A DNA stretch of 38,911 bases from a virus (lineage: Duplodnaviria > Caudoviricetes), in the IMG/VR virus record IMGVR_UViG_3300032225_001942, positions 1 to 38,911 of that record. The stretch is one strand, 5' to 3'. Both the position numbers and the translations under genes were made by a program. Below the pieces are notes generated by a model. It saw only the letters and a program-made list of their open reading frames with translations. It made no database searches and was not told the origin of the DNA. Positions 1-9,469 of the stretch are shown here, one piece after another; the stretch's first letter is position 1, and every line of letters begins with the position of its first letter.

Positions 1-1
1 A

Positions 2-1030
2 AAAGAAATTTTGTTCCAGGCAATGCCAATTCTTCGTTTTGAACAGTTTGCAGTTAAGAAGACTGAACTAGGAGTTGCTCCTGGTCTTCGTGTGAACTTC
101 CTTCGTTACAAGAACTTCGCAGTAGACCCATCACCTCTTACTGAAGGTGTCCGTATGACAACAAACGCTCTCACAGCAGAGCAGATTGCAATCACAGTTG
201 CAGAACACGGCTACGCAGTAGCAGTTTCTGAACTTCTTTTGAATGCATCATTTGATGACGTAATGGCTTCAGCCTCACGTCTTCTTGGTCGTCACATGGC
301 ACAATACCTTGATGTACAAGCACGTAACACACTTTCTGCAGCAACTTCTGCAGTATTTGGTTATGACCGCACAGGCATCACAGGTGGCGCTTTCACTAAC
401 TACGATGAAGGCACAGCTGCAACAGCAATCTCACAGCTTGATGGAAATCACAAGCTAACAACAGGCGCTATCAAGGATGCAGCTCTTACCCTTGCTGGTA
501 AGAACATCCCTCGCTTGGGTGAGACATACGTACAGTTCGTACACCCAAAGCAGTCTCGTGACCTTCGCTCTAACCCAGAGTTCATTGAAGTCACAAAGTA
601 CGCTGCTCCAGGTAACTTCATGCTCGGTGAAATTGGTCGTCTATACGACGTAGTTTTCATTGAAACAACACAGGTCCGTAAGCTTGCTGCTTCAGGTACC
701 TACACAACTTCATCACTTGTTGGTGCTCCATCAGACCAAACAGGTGTTCCAGTTCTACCTAACACCTCCCCAGGTAACGGTGGAAACCCAGTATCTGCTG
801 ATTACACAGCAGAAAAGGGTTACCTAACATCAGCAACAGGAAACTCTGCAGATGTTTACGAATCAATCATGATTGGTGACAATGCATTTGGTCACGCAAT
901 CAGCCTTCCAGTTGAACTACGTGACGGTGGCGTTCTTGACTTCGGTCGTGAGCACGCTCTTGCATGGTACGCAATCTGGGGTCTTGGTGTTATCACCGAC
1001 CAGGCTATCGTCAAGGTTTACACAAACTAA
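2..1030 (+). CDS. Major capsid protein, N4-gp56-like family (5' partial)
   Basis: Frame is open from the window edge (KEILFQAMPILRFEQFA...). Motifs LTEG, V.EHG.AV.VSELL, FVHPKQ.RDL, GEIGRLYDVVFIET, DFGREH.LAWY.IWG resemble N4-gp56-type capsids. Strongly biased codon usage suggests high expression. Confidence 0.9.
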   Translation, partial: KEILFQAMPILRFEQFAVKKTELGVAPGLRVNFLRYKNFAVDPSPLTEGVRMTTNALTAEQIAITVAEHGYAVAVSELLLNASFDDVMASASRLLGRHMAQYLDVQARNTLSAATSAVFGYDRTGITGGAFTNYDEGTAATAISQLDGNHKLTTGAIKDAALTLAGKNIPRLGETYVQFVHPKQSRDLRSNPEFIEVTKYAAPGNFMLGEIGRLYDVVFIETTQVRKLAASGTYTTSSLVGAPSDQTGVPVLPNTSPGNGGNPVSADYTAEKGYLTSATGNSADVYESIMIGDNAFGHAISLPVELRDGGVLDFGREHALAWYAIWGLGVITDQAIVKVYTN

Positions 1031-1043
1031 GACTTGCTTTACC

Positions 1044-1084
1044 GATGTCTGGGGGCCCTACTCCTTCTTGGGTCCCCAGCCATC
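1044..1084 (+). promoter_or_regulatory. Stem-loop after capsid gene (no U-tract; attenuator, stabiliser or translational control)
   Basis: CTGGGGGCCC (1049-1058) pairs with GGGTCCCCAG (1070-1079), extended by GATG/CATC; loop TACTCCTTCTT. Confidence 0.65.
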
Positions 1085-1117
1085 ATTAATCAAAAACTAA
1101 CTTAGGAGAAATACACC

Positions 1118-1489
1118 GTGGCAAACACACCAACAAGTCCATTGGACGCAACAGGGCGTGCAGCAGAAACTGCAGCAAAGAAGAACGCAAAAGCATTACA
1201 AGACCGCAAAGATGAAATTTCAATTGCGGCACAAATTGAAGCAGAGAGTTTAGAAAATAACGTCTTTGACCCAAAAAAACCAGATGCTCCAATTGTTCTA
1301 GATGACATTGAAAACATCGGAATTACAACAGCAAATGACTCAGTAGTCATTCGTACAATTACAGACATTGATGAGATGACCTACGGAGTAGGTAACCACT
1401 ACAGTTTTAAAGCTGGAGTGAAATACCGCGTATCTAATCATCTTGCTAATTACCTAGAAGAGCTCGGATATATTTGGCGGCCTAACTAA
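1118..1489 (+). CDS. Hypothetical head-associated protein
   Basis: 123 aa ORF, SD AGGAG before GTG, lies between capsid and adaptor. Confidence 0.75.
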   Translation: MANTPTSPLDATGRAAETAAKKNAKALQDRKDEISIAAQIEAESLENNVFDPKKPDAPIVLDDIENIGITTANDSVVIRTITDIDEMTYGVGNHYSFKAGVKYRVSNHLANYLEELGYIWRPN

Positions 1490-1503
1490 GCCGTCAAAAA
1501 GTA

Positions 1504-1558
1504 GTCTGACCCTCAACTGGTTCCCGCCCTCCTCCCAGTTGGGGGTTGGACCTTTTTT
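1504..1558 (+). terminator. Intrinsic terminator
   Basis: 17-bp stem GTCTGACCCTCAACTGG / CCAGTTGGGGGTTGGAC (3 G-U pairs), 14-nt loop, followed by CTTTTTT. Confidence 0.8.
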
Positions 1559-1564
1559 ATCGGT

Positions 1565-1580
1565 GTATCTTTGAGATGAT
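1565..1580 (+). promoter_or_regulatory. Candidate phage late promoter motif, copy 1
   Basis: GTATCTTTGAGATGAT, 13/16 identical to 15001-15016; directly after a terminator. Confidence 0.4.
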
Positions 1581-1606
1581 TACACCAAAGAGTTTTTGGA
1601 GGTTAC

Positions 1607-2650
1607 GTGGCAACATTATCCAGTCTTGCAGACCGTCTACGACTAGAAATTGGCGACACAGGCAAGTCTTTTGTTTACCAGACTGTTGCAGACGGCATTA
1701 CTAACCGTTTTCTATTGCCTTATTCCCCTATAAACGGCACAACCCTAATAGTACTAAAAGATGGGGTAAACGTCTCTACCCTTTTAGAGGTAGAAGAACT
1801 AACTGGTTATGTAACTTTTGATACTATCCCAGCAGCAAATGCTACGCTGGTATTTTCAGGAACCTACTACAGGTACTTTGTAGATAGCGAAATCTGTCAG
1901 TTTATTGACACAGCTTTTGGGCAACACATTGCCAATCACGCCGATGCTTATGGTCGCGGATATGCTTATGCCACTCTTCCAGGTGTAGAAGAATACCCTG
2001 TTGTTATCTACGCATCTACTCTTGCTCTTTATACTTTAGCTACAGATGCTTCTTTTGACATTAATATTCAAGCTCCAGACGGAGTAAACATCCCACGCTC
2101 TGAGCGTTATCGTCAGCTAATGGAGATGGTTCAATCTCGTAAAGACCAATACAAAGAACTCTGTTCTATGCTTGGAGTCGGCTTATACAAAATTGACGTG
2201 TTCTCATTGCGCAGAATTTCTAAGACAACAAACCAATACATCCCAGTGTATTTACCGCAAGAAGTGGATGCAAAGTCAATGCCACAACGTGCACTTCTTT
2301 CTATACCAAGTTATGGTTCTGCTATATCTCCTTCTGATGTACCTAGCTATGACTTAACACTTTACCAAGGCGATTCGTTTGAAGTTACTTTAGATTTCCC
2401 ATTTACTGTTGCAGATTATATTTGGAAATCTGATATAACCATGGTTTTTGGAAGCGGAATAAAAATTGCGTCGTTTACAATTACGCAAATTGATACTGAT
2501 AAATTAAAGCTGTCACTTTCTCCTACAGAAACAAACGGTCTTCCTGAGCGCTGTTACTGGGATATCCAAGCAACTGCGTCTGGTGACCCTAGTTACCAAA
2601 AGACCTACATGCGTGGCGCTATCTTCGTAACACGTCAGGCCACTACATGA
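1607..2650 (+). CDS. Head-tail adaptor/connector with inserted beta domain and C-terminal BppU/Ig-like domain
   Basis: N-terminal [11 protein letters not shown] adaptor-like helix; C-terminal [11 protein letters not shown]...YWDIQ...TYMRGAIFV; SD GGAGG; position after capsid. Confidence 0.6.
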   Translation: MATLSSLADRLRLEIGDTGKSFVYQTVADGITNRFLLPYSPINGTTLIVLKDGVNVSTLLEVEELTGYVTFDTIPAANATLVFSGTYYRYFVDSEICQFIDTAFGQHIANHADAYGRGYAYATLPGVEEYPVVIYASTLALYTLATDASFDINIQAPDGVNIPRSERYRQLMEMVQSRKDQYKELCSMLGVGLYKIDVFSLRRISKTTNQYIPVYLPQEVDAKSMPQRALLSIPSYGSAISPSDVPSYDLTLYQGDSFEVTLDFPFTVADYIWKSDITMVFGSGIKIASFTITQIDTDKLKLSLSPTETNGLPERCYWDIQATASGDPSYQKTYMRGAIFVTRQATT

Positions 2651-4878
2651 CCTGTAGTTGTGGAAATGTAACCTATAACTGCACCTGCAGTATTCAAATG
2701 ATTTCGGTGCAGGCAACCTCTCCTGTCGTTGTTCAAGTAATTACTGCTACGACTCAAAGCACACAGTCAACTGTTGTAGTTGGTCCTGGTCAAGGCGGTG
2801 CTCGTGGTACTCAAGGTACTCAAGGAGTACAGGGAACTCAGGGGGTTCAAGGCACCCAAGGAGTACAGGGAACACAAGGACCTAATGCTGCAATTGTATT
2901 TTCTGAAATTCCACCTAGTAATCCACTAGTTGGTGATAGGTGGGTAGATTCTAATACTGGTCTTGAATACACATGGATATACGACGGTAACTCTTACGCA
3001 TGGGTTGAAACTGCTGCTAGTGGATTCGTTGGTGCACAGGGAACACAGGGAACACAGGGCGTACAAGGAGTGCAAGGGCTACAAGGAACGCAGGGTACTC
3101 AAGGCGTACAAGGCACTCAAGGCACTCAAGGACTACAAGGTACACAGGGAACACAGGGAATTCAAGGCACACAAGGTTTACAGGGTACTCAAGGCACCCA
3201 AGGCACCCAAGGTATGCAAGGCGTACAAGGCACTCAAGGCGTACAAGGTGTTCAAGGTTTGCAAGGTGTACAAGGAGTACAAGGTTTTGGGTATTCTCAA
3301 TTGCAAGGAACTCAAGGCACACAAGGGCTTCAAGGTACTCAAGGAACTCAAGGGCTTCAAGGTACTCAAGGACTCCAAGGAGTACAAGGAAACCAAGGAG
3401 CTCAAGGCACTCAAGGCACTCAAGGCGTACAAGGTGTACAAGGTGTACAGGGCACTCAAGGAGTACAAGGTTTGCAGGGAGTACAAGGTATTCAAGGGAC
3501 CCAAGGAATCCAAGGTACTCAAGGAGTTCAGGGTGTACAAGGTTTACAAGGAATCCAAGGCACACAGGGTTTGCAAGGACTCCAAGGCACACAGGGTTTG
3601 CAAGGACTCCAAGGCTCTCAAGGTACTCAAGGATTGCAAGGTACTCAAGGAGTTCAAGGTTTACAAGGCACTCAAGGAGTTCAAGGTACACAAGGCACTC
3701 AAGGCGTACAAGGAGTTCAAGGAGTTCAGGGAACACAGGGCGTACAAGGAGTGCAAGGCACTTTAGGTAGCCAAGGAACACAAGGAGTAACTGGTGCAAG
3801 TGGTGTTTCTTCTAGCTATTTTAACTACAAAGTAACTGACAACAGTATAACTAATGCACAACCTACTGACGGTCATTTAAAATACAACAACCTTACACAA
3901 CCGAGTGCTACTACTCTTTACATAAGTCATTTAACAAATGACCATATTGATATAGATATGTTTTTAGCCCTTTTAGCGGTTAATGATAATCTGTTTATTC
4001 AAGATGCAAATAACTCTAATAACTATCAACAGTTTAAAGTTAGTGGATTAGTAAACCCTGGAAACAATGACTATGTTCAAGTACCAGTAACACTTGTCAC
4101 CTCGGCTGGAACTGGAACCACTGGATTTCCAAATAACCATGACGTTATTTTAGTTACTACTGCTGTTGGTATTCAAGGCTCTACTGGAGCTCAAGGTTCT
4201 ACTGGAACTCAAGGCATCCAAGGAACGCAGGGTGTTCAAAGTATTGCTACTCAAGGAGTTCAGGGAGTTCAGGGAACCCAAGGAACTCAAGGATTGCAAG
4301 GCACTCAAGGAGTTCAAGGAGTACAAGGCACTCAAGGTGTACAAGGAGTACAAGGTTTACAGGGTTTGCAAGGTACTCAAGGTACTGTTGGTAGCCAAGG
4401 TACTCAAGGAACTGATGGTAGCCAAGGCACTCAAGGCACTTTAGGTAGCCAAGGTACTCAAGGAACTGTTGGTACTCAAGGAACCCAAGGTACTGTTGGT
4501 AGCCAAGGTACTCAAGGAACTGTTGGTAGCCAAGGCACTCAAGGAACTGTTGGTAGCCAAGGCACTCAAGGAACCCAAGGCACTTTAGGTAGCCAAGGAG
4601 TACAAGGTACTACAGGTGCGGGTACTCAAGGAGTCCAAGGAACGGTTGGTAGTCAAGGAACTTTAGGTACTCAAGGAACCCAAGGAACCCAAGGACTCAA
4701 TGGTTTATATGCTGCTCAAGGAGTACAAGGCACTGTTGGTAGCCAAGGTACTCAAGGAACTTTAGGTACTCAAGGAACCCAAGGACTCAATGGTTTATAT
4801 GCTGCTCAAGGAGTAGCAGGAAACAATGCAGTATATGATACAGACCAAGCAGTAATTTCAATGCAAGTATTTGGATAG
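2647..4878 (+). CDS. Collagen-like fibre protein 1 (Gly-X-Gln repeats)
   Basis: Long GTQ/GVQ/GLQ triplet tracts interrupted by globular segments; ATGA overlap with upstream gene. Confidence 0.9.
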   Translation: MTCSCGNVTYNCTCSIQMISVQATSPVVVQVITATTQSTQSTVVVGPGQGGARGTQGTQGVQGTQGVQGTQGVQGTQGPNAAIVFSEIPPSNPLVGDRWVDSNTGLEYTWIYDGNSYAWVETAASGFVGAQGTQGTQGVQGVQGLQGTQGTQGVQGTQGTQGLQGTQGTQGIQGTQGLQGTQGTQGTQGMQGVQGTQGVQGVQGLQGVQGVQGFGYSQLQGTQGTQGLQGTQGTQGLQGTQGLQGVQGNQGAQGTQGTQGVQGVQGVQGTQGVQGLQGVQGIQGTQGIQGTQGVQGVQGLQGIQGTQGLQGLQGTQGLQGLQGSQGTQGLQGTQGVQGLQGTQGVQGTQGTQGVQGVQGVQGTQGVQGVQGTLGSQGTQGVTGASGVSSSYFNYKVTDNSITNAQPTDGHLKYNNLTQPSATTLYISHLTNDHIDIDMFLALLAVNDNLFIQDANNSNNYQQFKVSGLVNPGNNDYVQVPVTLVTSAGTGTTGFPNNHDVILVTTAVGIQGSTGAQGSTGTQGIQGTQGVQSIATQGVQGVQGTQGTQGLQGTQGVQGVQGTQGVQGVQGLQGLQGTQGTVGSQGTQGTDGSQGTQGTLGSQGTQGTVGTQGTQGTVGSQGTQGTVGSQGTQGTVGSQGTQGTQGTLGSQGVQGTTGAGTQGVQGTVGSQGTLGTQGTQGTQGLNGLYAAQGVQGTVGSQGTQGTLGTQGTQGLNGLYAAQGVAGNNAVYDTDQAVISMQVFG
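4681..4815 (+). repeat. 45-nt exact direct repeat ([15 protein letters not shown] x2)
   Basis: CAAGGAACCCAAGGACTCAATGGTTTATATGCTGCTCAAGGAGTA at 4681-4725 and 4771-4815. Confidence 0.9.
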
Positions 4879-4886
4879 GAATATAA

Positions 4887-5528
4887 ATGGCAACATATAG
4901 CAAAATAAAACTTTCAAACTCTACATCAGGTAGACCTATACTTATTGATACTGTAACTTTAACATCAGGTACAGTTACTAATGCTTCAGTAACTTCGTCA
5001 ACTGCAACTTACACAGTAAGTAATACTTTTACTGCTGGTGAGATTGTTACTATTTCAGGTATTGTTTCAAGTACTAACGCATCGGGCACACCTGGGGCTG
5101 GCTACAATATAGCTAACTTTCCTATAGCCTCTGCTTCTAGTACTCAGTTTACTGTGGCAAGCGTACCAGCAACTGTTACAGGTACATGGACTTCGGGTGG
5201 TGTTGCAACAGCTAATCCAGCAACTATGAACACTATTCATGCAACACCTGCTGATACAACGACTATTGATGAAGTTTGGCTCTATGCTACAAATACTTCT
5301 TTATCTGTAGCTACATTGACTTTATTTTACGGTGGAACTGCTACAGGAAGCTCTACATCTGCCCCTAATTACATATCAATACCGCCACAATCTGGGTTAA
5401 CTCTTATTACTCCTGGACTTATACTTACAGGACTTGCTGGTTCTCCAGCAACCGCAACAACAATTTTTGCTTCAGCATCTGTTGCCTCGGTAATTACCAT
5501 TTCAGGATACGTTAATAGGATTGTTTAA
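4887..5528 (+). CDS. Virion fibre-associated protein with inserted ~80 aa beta module
   Basis: 213 aa, Thr/Ser-rich, DEVWLYA.N and GYVNRI motifs, SD AGGA. Confidence 0.7.
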   Translation: MATYSKIKLSNSTSGRPILIDTVTLTSGTVTNASVTSSTATYTVSNTFTAGEIVTISGIVSSTNASGTPGAGYNIANFPIASASSTQFTVASVPATVTGTWTSGGVATANPATMNTIHATPADTTTIDEVWLYATNTSLSVATLTLFYGGTATGSSTSAPNYISIPPQSGLTLITPGLILTGLAGSPATATTIFASASVASVITISGYVNRIV

Positions 5529-6412
5529 TGGCACATCCAGTTGGTCGTGGACAGTCTAGCTCCCAAGTAAATTCTTGGTTTCCTTCAAGTAATACATTTA
5601 CGCCTTCTGATGCGTTATCTACTGTATTACCGCATGGATTAAAACTAAGGCAAACTATTAGAAATACAGGTGTTGTTTCAATTCCCGCAGGAGTTACTTT
5701 TGTTTATGCAATTGTTGCAGGTGGTGGTGGTAGTAACGCAGGTGGTGCAGGTGGCATTGCTTGGGGTTGGACTTTAGCAACTTCTAGTTGTGTAGTTGGC
5801 GCTGGTGGTACTGGTGGAGGTAGCGGCTCATACTCAAGGTATGGAAATATCATGGCAGGTGGTGGTGGTGCTGGTGCTTCTGGTGGTGGCAATCCAGGCG
5901 GTGCTGGTGGCGCAAGTGCTTCAGGAGCAACAAACTATTTGGGTATTCCTGGTGGCACTGTTGGTGCTTCTGGAGTGAAAGGTGGCTCTGGTTCTGGCGC
6001 TGGTGGTAGCACAAGTACAGCTGGAGTTGCTGGTGGCGCAGGTGGAGATGGAATTTCGGGTGGTGGTGGTGCTTCTAATACTACTGTTGGCTCTCAAACT
6101 AATATAGGAGGCGCTGGTGGGAATGGTTTAGCAGGCGGTGGTGGCAATAGAGCAACCGTAACGACTGGAACTTGGACTGGAGGTAACGGTGGCAACGGAT
6201 TCAACATTACAACTGGCACAATTTCACTTGGCGGAATTGGCTCAACTGGAGCTGCAACTAATGGCTCAGGTGGCGGTGGAGCTGGTATTGCTGGTAATGG
6301 AAATCCTGGTGTAGGAGTAAATGCTGGTGCAGGTGGACTTGGTGGCGGCGGCGGTGGCGCAGGTGCTGGTACAGGAAACGGTGGAGCAGGAATAATTTTA
6401 TTATTTTATTAA
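5528..6412 (+). CDS. Glycine-rich (polyglycine II-type) putative adhesin, paralog 1
   Basis: P.GLKL.QT...IPAG..FVYA...GGGG N-terminal part, G-rich body, ends IILLFY; TAATG coupling. Confidence 0.8.
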   Translation: MAHPVGRGQSSSQVNSWFPSSNTFTPSDALSTVLPHGLKLRQTIRNTGVVSIPAGVTFVYAIVAGGGGSNAGGAGGIAWGWTLATSSCVVGAGGTGGGSGSYSRYGNIMAGGGGAGASGGGNPGGAGGASASGATNYLGIPGGTVGASGVKGGSGSGAGGSTSTAGVAGGAGGDGISGGGGASNTTVGSQTNIGGAGGNGLAGGGGNRATVTTGTWTGGNGGNGFNITTGTISLGGIGSTGAATNGSGGGGAGIAGNGNPGVGVNAGAGGLGGGGGGAGAGTGNGGAGIILLFY

Positions 6413-6439
6413 AAATATTTTACAACTTAGGAGCTTAAA

Positions 6440-7366
6440 ATGAAAGAAATGTTTATAAGAGGTGAGTCAGGGTCACAAGTATCTTCGTGGAGTCCATCTA
6501 CAAATACTTTGGGATATTCTGATGGTTCTCCTGCATCTTTTCTTGTTCCTGGTGGATTAAAATTACAGCAAACTAAAAACGCTGGCGATACAACTGTAAT
6601 CATTCCCGCTGGCATAACTTTTGTTTATGCCATCGCAGTTGGTGGTGGCGGTGGTGGTAATGCTAGCGGTTCAGGTGGAGCAGGTGGTGTTGCTTGGGGA
6701 TGGACACTTGCAAACTCAACTTGCATAGTTGGTACTGGTGGAAATAACGGAATTGGTAACTACACACGCTATGGAAACATTATTGCTGGTGGCGGTGGAA
6801 ACATCTGAACTACCAACGGAACAGGAACATTAGGCGGTGGCGCTGGTAGCAGTAACGGAAGCGCAACAGGCGGCACAAATTATTGGGGCATTTCTGGCGG
6901 TACTGGTGGAACATCCACATCTCTCAATGGCGGTTCAGGTGGTGGCGGCGGAGGCGGTTTCAATAATACTGCTGGTACTGGTGGTACTGGTGGAGATGGC
7001 ATTTCAGGCGGCGGTGGTGGTAACTCTGCGACTTCTGGAAGCGGAACAAACATTGCTGGCAAAGGTGGTTCAGGTTTAGCAGGTGGCGGTGGCGGTAGAG
7101 CAACAACATCTACAGGAACTTTGACAGGCGGCGTTGGTGGTAATGGAATCAATATCCTTACTGGTGCTATAACAACTGGTGGCACAGCAACTACTGGTAC
7201 TGCAACAAATGGCGCAGGTGGTGGCGGTGCAGGAATTGTTGGAAATGGAACTGCTGCTTCTGGTCTAAATGGAGGCGCTGGTGGACTTGGTGGTGGTGGT
7301 GGTGGTGGCGGAGCAACTGCAAGCGTACAAACAGGCGGCGCAGGAATACTTTACCTTTTTTATTAG
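6440..7366 (+). pseudogene. Glycine-rich paralog 2, interrupted by one in-frame TGA (6806-6808)
   Basis: The same frame continues after TGA (TTNGTGTLGGG...TNYWGISGG...ILYLFY) and aligns with paralog 1 to the C-terminus. Confidence 0.8.
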
Positions 7367-7375
7367 GAGATAATT

Positions 7376-8302
7376 ATGACAGTAAACATATATCAGAACC
7401 AATCAATTAGTGATAGTCCTTATGGATTAAAGCTGCAACAAACTTTTTCTACGCCTGGAACTTTTTCTGTAACAGTCCCTTCTACTATTAAACGAGTGTA
7501 TGCAGTTGTTATTGGTGGTGGTGGGTCGGGTAGTGTAGACACACGTGCTACTGGTGGTGGTGCGGGTGGTTATTCTGCTGGTTGGACTTATGTCTCAAAT
7601 ACAGTAACTGTTGGAGCAGGTGGTGTTGGTCCTACTGGTAGCGCTACAGCTTATGGTGTTGTTGGTGGTTCTAGTACTTATGGAATGGTTATGGCGGGTG
7701 GCGGTGGTGCAGGACAAATTGCTAACAGTTCTGGAGGTGTTGGTGGAGGTGCAGCATCGCCTGCTGCCGTTACAAATGCTTCAACAGCTTCTTATACAGG
7801 AGCTCCACTAGTATCTAGTAGCGTAAACTCTAACGGTTTTCTTGGATATGCAGCCTCTGGTGGTGGAAGTCCAAGCCCGTTTGCTACTGGTACTTCAGTT
7901 GGAGGAACGGGCGGTTCTGGTGTCTCTGGTGGTGGAGGTGGTGCAGGAGCAACAACTTCAACTACAAATAATGCAACTGGTGGTGCTGGCGGTTCAGGGC
8001 TTATTGGCGGTGGAGGCGGAGGCGCTTATAGCACTGGAGCAAGTTTTACAGGAACAATGCGTGGTGGTGCAGGTGGGACTGGTAATGGTAGTTTAACTGC
8101 AGCAGCAGGTTCAGTAAGTATAGCTGGTTATGAGTGTGCTGGCGGCGGCGGTGCAGGTTTTCTTGCTCCAGGTGAACCTGGAGTAGGTGGAACAGGTGGA
8201 AATGGTGGTTTAGGCGGAGGCGGCGGAGGTGGAGGAAATCCAAGCGCTATTTCACCAAAAGGCGGTAATGGCGGTGGCGGAGTTGTATTTTTATATTACT
8301 AA
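7376..8302 (+). CDS. Glycine-rich putative adhesin, paralog 3
   Basis: PYGLKLQQT...VYAVVIGGGG, ends VVFLYY; SD AGGAG. Confidence 0.85.
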   Translation: MTVNIYQNQSISDSPYGLKLQQTFSTPGTFSVTVPSTIKRVYAVVIGGGGSGSVDTRATGGGAGGYSAGWTYVSNTVTVGAGGVGPTGSATAYGVVGGSSTYGMVMAGGGGAGQIANSSGGVGGGAASPAAVTNASTASYTGAPLVSSSVNSNGFLGYAASGGGSPSPFATGTSVGGTGGSGVSGGGGGAGATTSTTNNATGGAGGSGLIGGGGGGAYSTGASFTGTMRGGAGGTGNGSLTAAAGSVSIAGYECAGGGGAGFLAPGEPGVGGTGGNGGLGGGGGGGGNPSAISPKGGNGGGGVVFLYY

Positions 8303-8311
8303 GGAGATAAA

Positions 8312-9202
8312 ATGAGTGCATCTATTTATGATAATAAGGGTGATACACCTTTAGGTTTAAAGCTGCAACAAACTTTACTTGTTGGAACAACATCAGTGAC
8401 AATCCCTGCAGGAATTAAAAAAGTGTATGCAGTTGTTATTGGTGGTGGTGGAGCAGGTGGGTCTTCTTCAGCAACTATTGGTGCTGGTAGCGGTGGCGGA
8501 GGTGGCTATGCCGCAGGTTGGACATACCCATCAACTTCAGTAACCGTTGGTGCAGGTGGCTCTACAACATCAGGCACTAGAGGAAATAATGGTGACACAT
8601 CGCTTTACGGAATGGTATTTGCTGGTGGTGGAGGCGGAGGAGCTATCGCTTCTGCTGGTTTTGCAGGAACTCTTGGAGGTGCTGGCGGCGGGGGAGGAGG
8701 AACAGCAAACGGTGGTGCTGGCTCAATATCCTACACTGGTGCACCAGCAGGTACTGCTGGAAATCCATCAAATGGTGGTAGTGCATATGGAGCAGGAGGT
8801 GGCGGGTATGTTGGTTCTGGCAGTGGTGGCACTGGTGGTTCTGGAGTATCTGGTGGTGGAGCGGGTACTGGAAACGTAACAACTGCTAGTAATACTGGTG
8901 GCACTGGTGGTTCTGGTTTAATTGGTGGCGGTGGAGCTGGTGGTTATTCTTCAAATGCCTCATTTACTGCTACAGGCGGCGGCGGCGGTTCAGGTAATGG
9001 TGGCTCTGGAGGAACAGGTTCTTCTAGTACAGGTCAAACATCTGGAGGCGGCGGAGGTGGTGCAGGTTTTCTTGCTCCAGGTGAACCTGGAGTAGGACTA
9101 AATGGTGGAAACGGTGGTTTAGGCGGAGGCGGCGGAGGTGGCTCGTCAGTTGGTGGTTTAGGCGGTAGTGGTGGCAACGGCGTTGTACTTTTATATTACT
9201 AA
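8312..9202 (+). CDS. Glycine-rich putative adhesin, paralog 4
   Basis: PLGLKLQQT...VYAVVIGGGG, ends VVLLYY; SD AAGGAG. Confidence 0.85.
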   Translation: MSASIYDNKGDTPLGLKLQQTLLVGTTSVTIPAGIKKVYAVVIGGGGAGGSSSATIGAGSGGGGGYAAGWTYPSTSVTVGAGGSTTSGTRGNNGDTSLYGMVFAGGGGGGAIASAGFAGTLGGAGGGGGGTANGGAGSISYTGAPAGTAGNPSNGGSAYGAGGGGYVGSGSGGTGGSGVSGGGAGTGNVTTASNTGGTGGSGLIGGGGAGGYSSNASFTATGGGGGSGNGGSGGTGSSSTGQTSGGGGGGAGFLAPGEPGVGLNGGNGGLGGGGGGGSSVGGLGGSGGNGVVLLYY

Positions 9203-9217
9203 AAAAGGAGAAATAAA

Positions 9218-9460
9218 ATGGCTACATATGCAGTAATGGGCGGTAATACAGTAATTAATATAATTGTTGCTGAAAATAAAGAAGAAGCATCTATGGTTAT
9301 GGGCGCAGAGTTAATTGAATACACTGATGATAATCCAGCGGGAATTGGATGGACTTACAATGAAGAGACAGGAAGATTTGTTCCTTTGGAACTAATACCT
9401 GATGAGCCTGTAAACTCTACTGATAGCGAATATACTTCAGATACAACCCCATCTTTATAG
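9218..9460 (+). CDS. Small fibre assembly/chaperone-like protein
   Basis: YAV..GN.V.NIIVA...AGIGWTY....F pattern typical of small genes following phage glycine-rich proteins; SD AAGGAG. Confidence 0.6.
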   Translation: MATYAVMGGNTVINIIVAENKEEASMVMGAELIEYTDDNPAGIGWTYNEETGRFVPLELIPDEPVNSTDSEYTSDTTPSL

Positions 9461-9469
9461 GAGATTTAA

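Noticed and set aside
1562-1591. H-type pseudoknot GGTGTA/TACACC plus TCTTTG/CAAAGA
   Set aside because: Zero-length connecting loops make it sterically implausible; at most alternative hairpins overlapping the promoter candidate
2963-4444. Long alternate-frame and antisense ORFs (e.g. 2963-3766 +, 3017-3799 -) over collagen 1
   Set aside because: Shadow ORFs produced by stop-poor 9-nt periodic repeats; no SD or independent features
2806-4815. Periodic CAAGG repeats resembling a CRISPR or satellite array
   Set aside because: Period of 9 nt matches Gly-X-Gln codons; no unique spacers or cas genes
6806-6808. Genome-wide TGA recoding or selenocysteine
   Set aside because: TGA terminates several genes with normal ATGA coupling; the aligned position is a Gly-rich loop, not a Cys; no evident SECIS
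5704-8882. Pro-rich antisense and Val-rich alternate-frame ORFs over the glycine-rich genes
   Set aside because: Expected consequence of GGN codon runs
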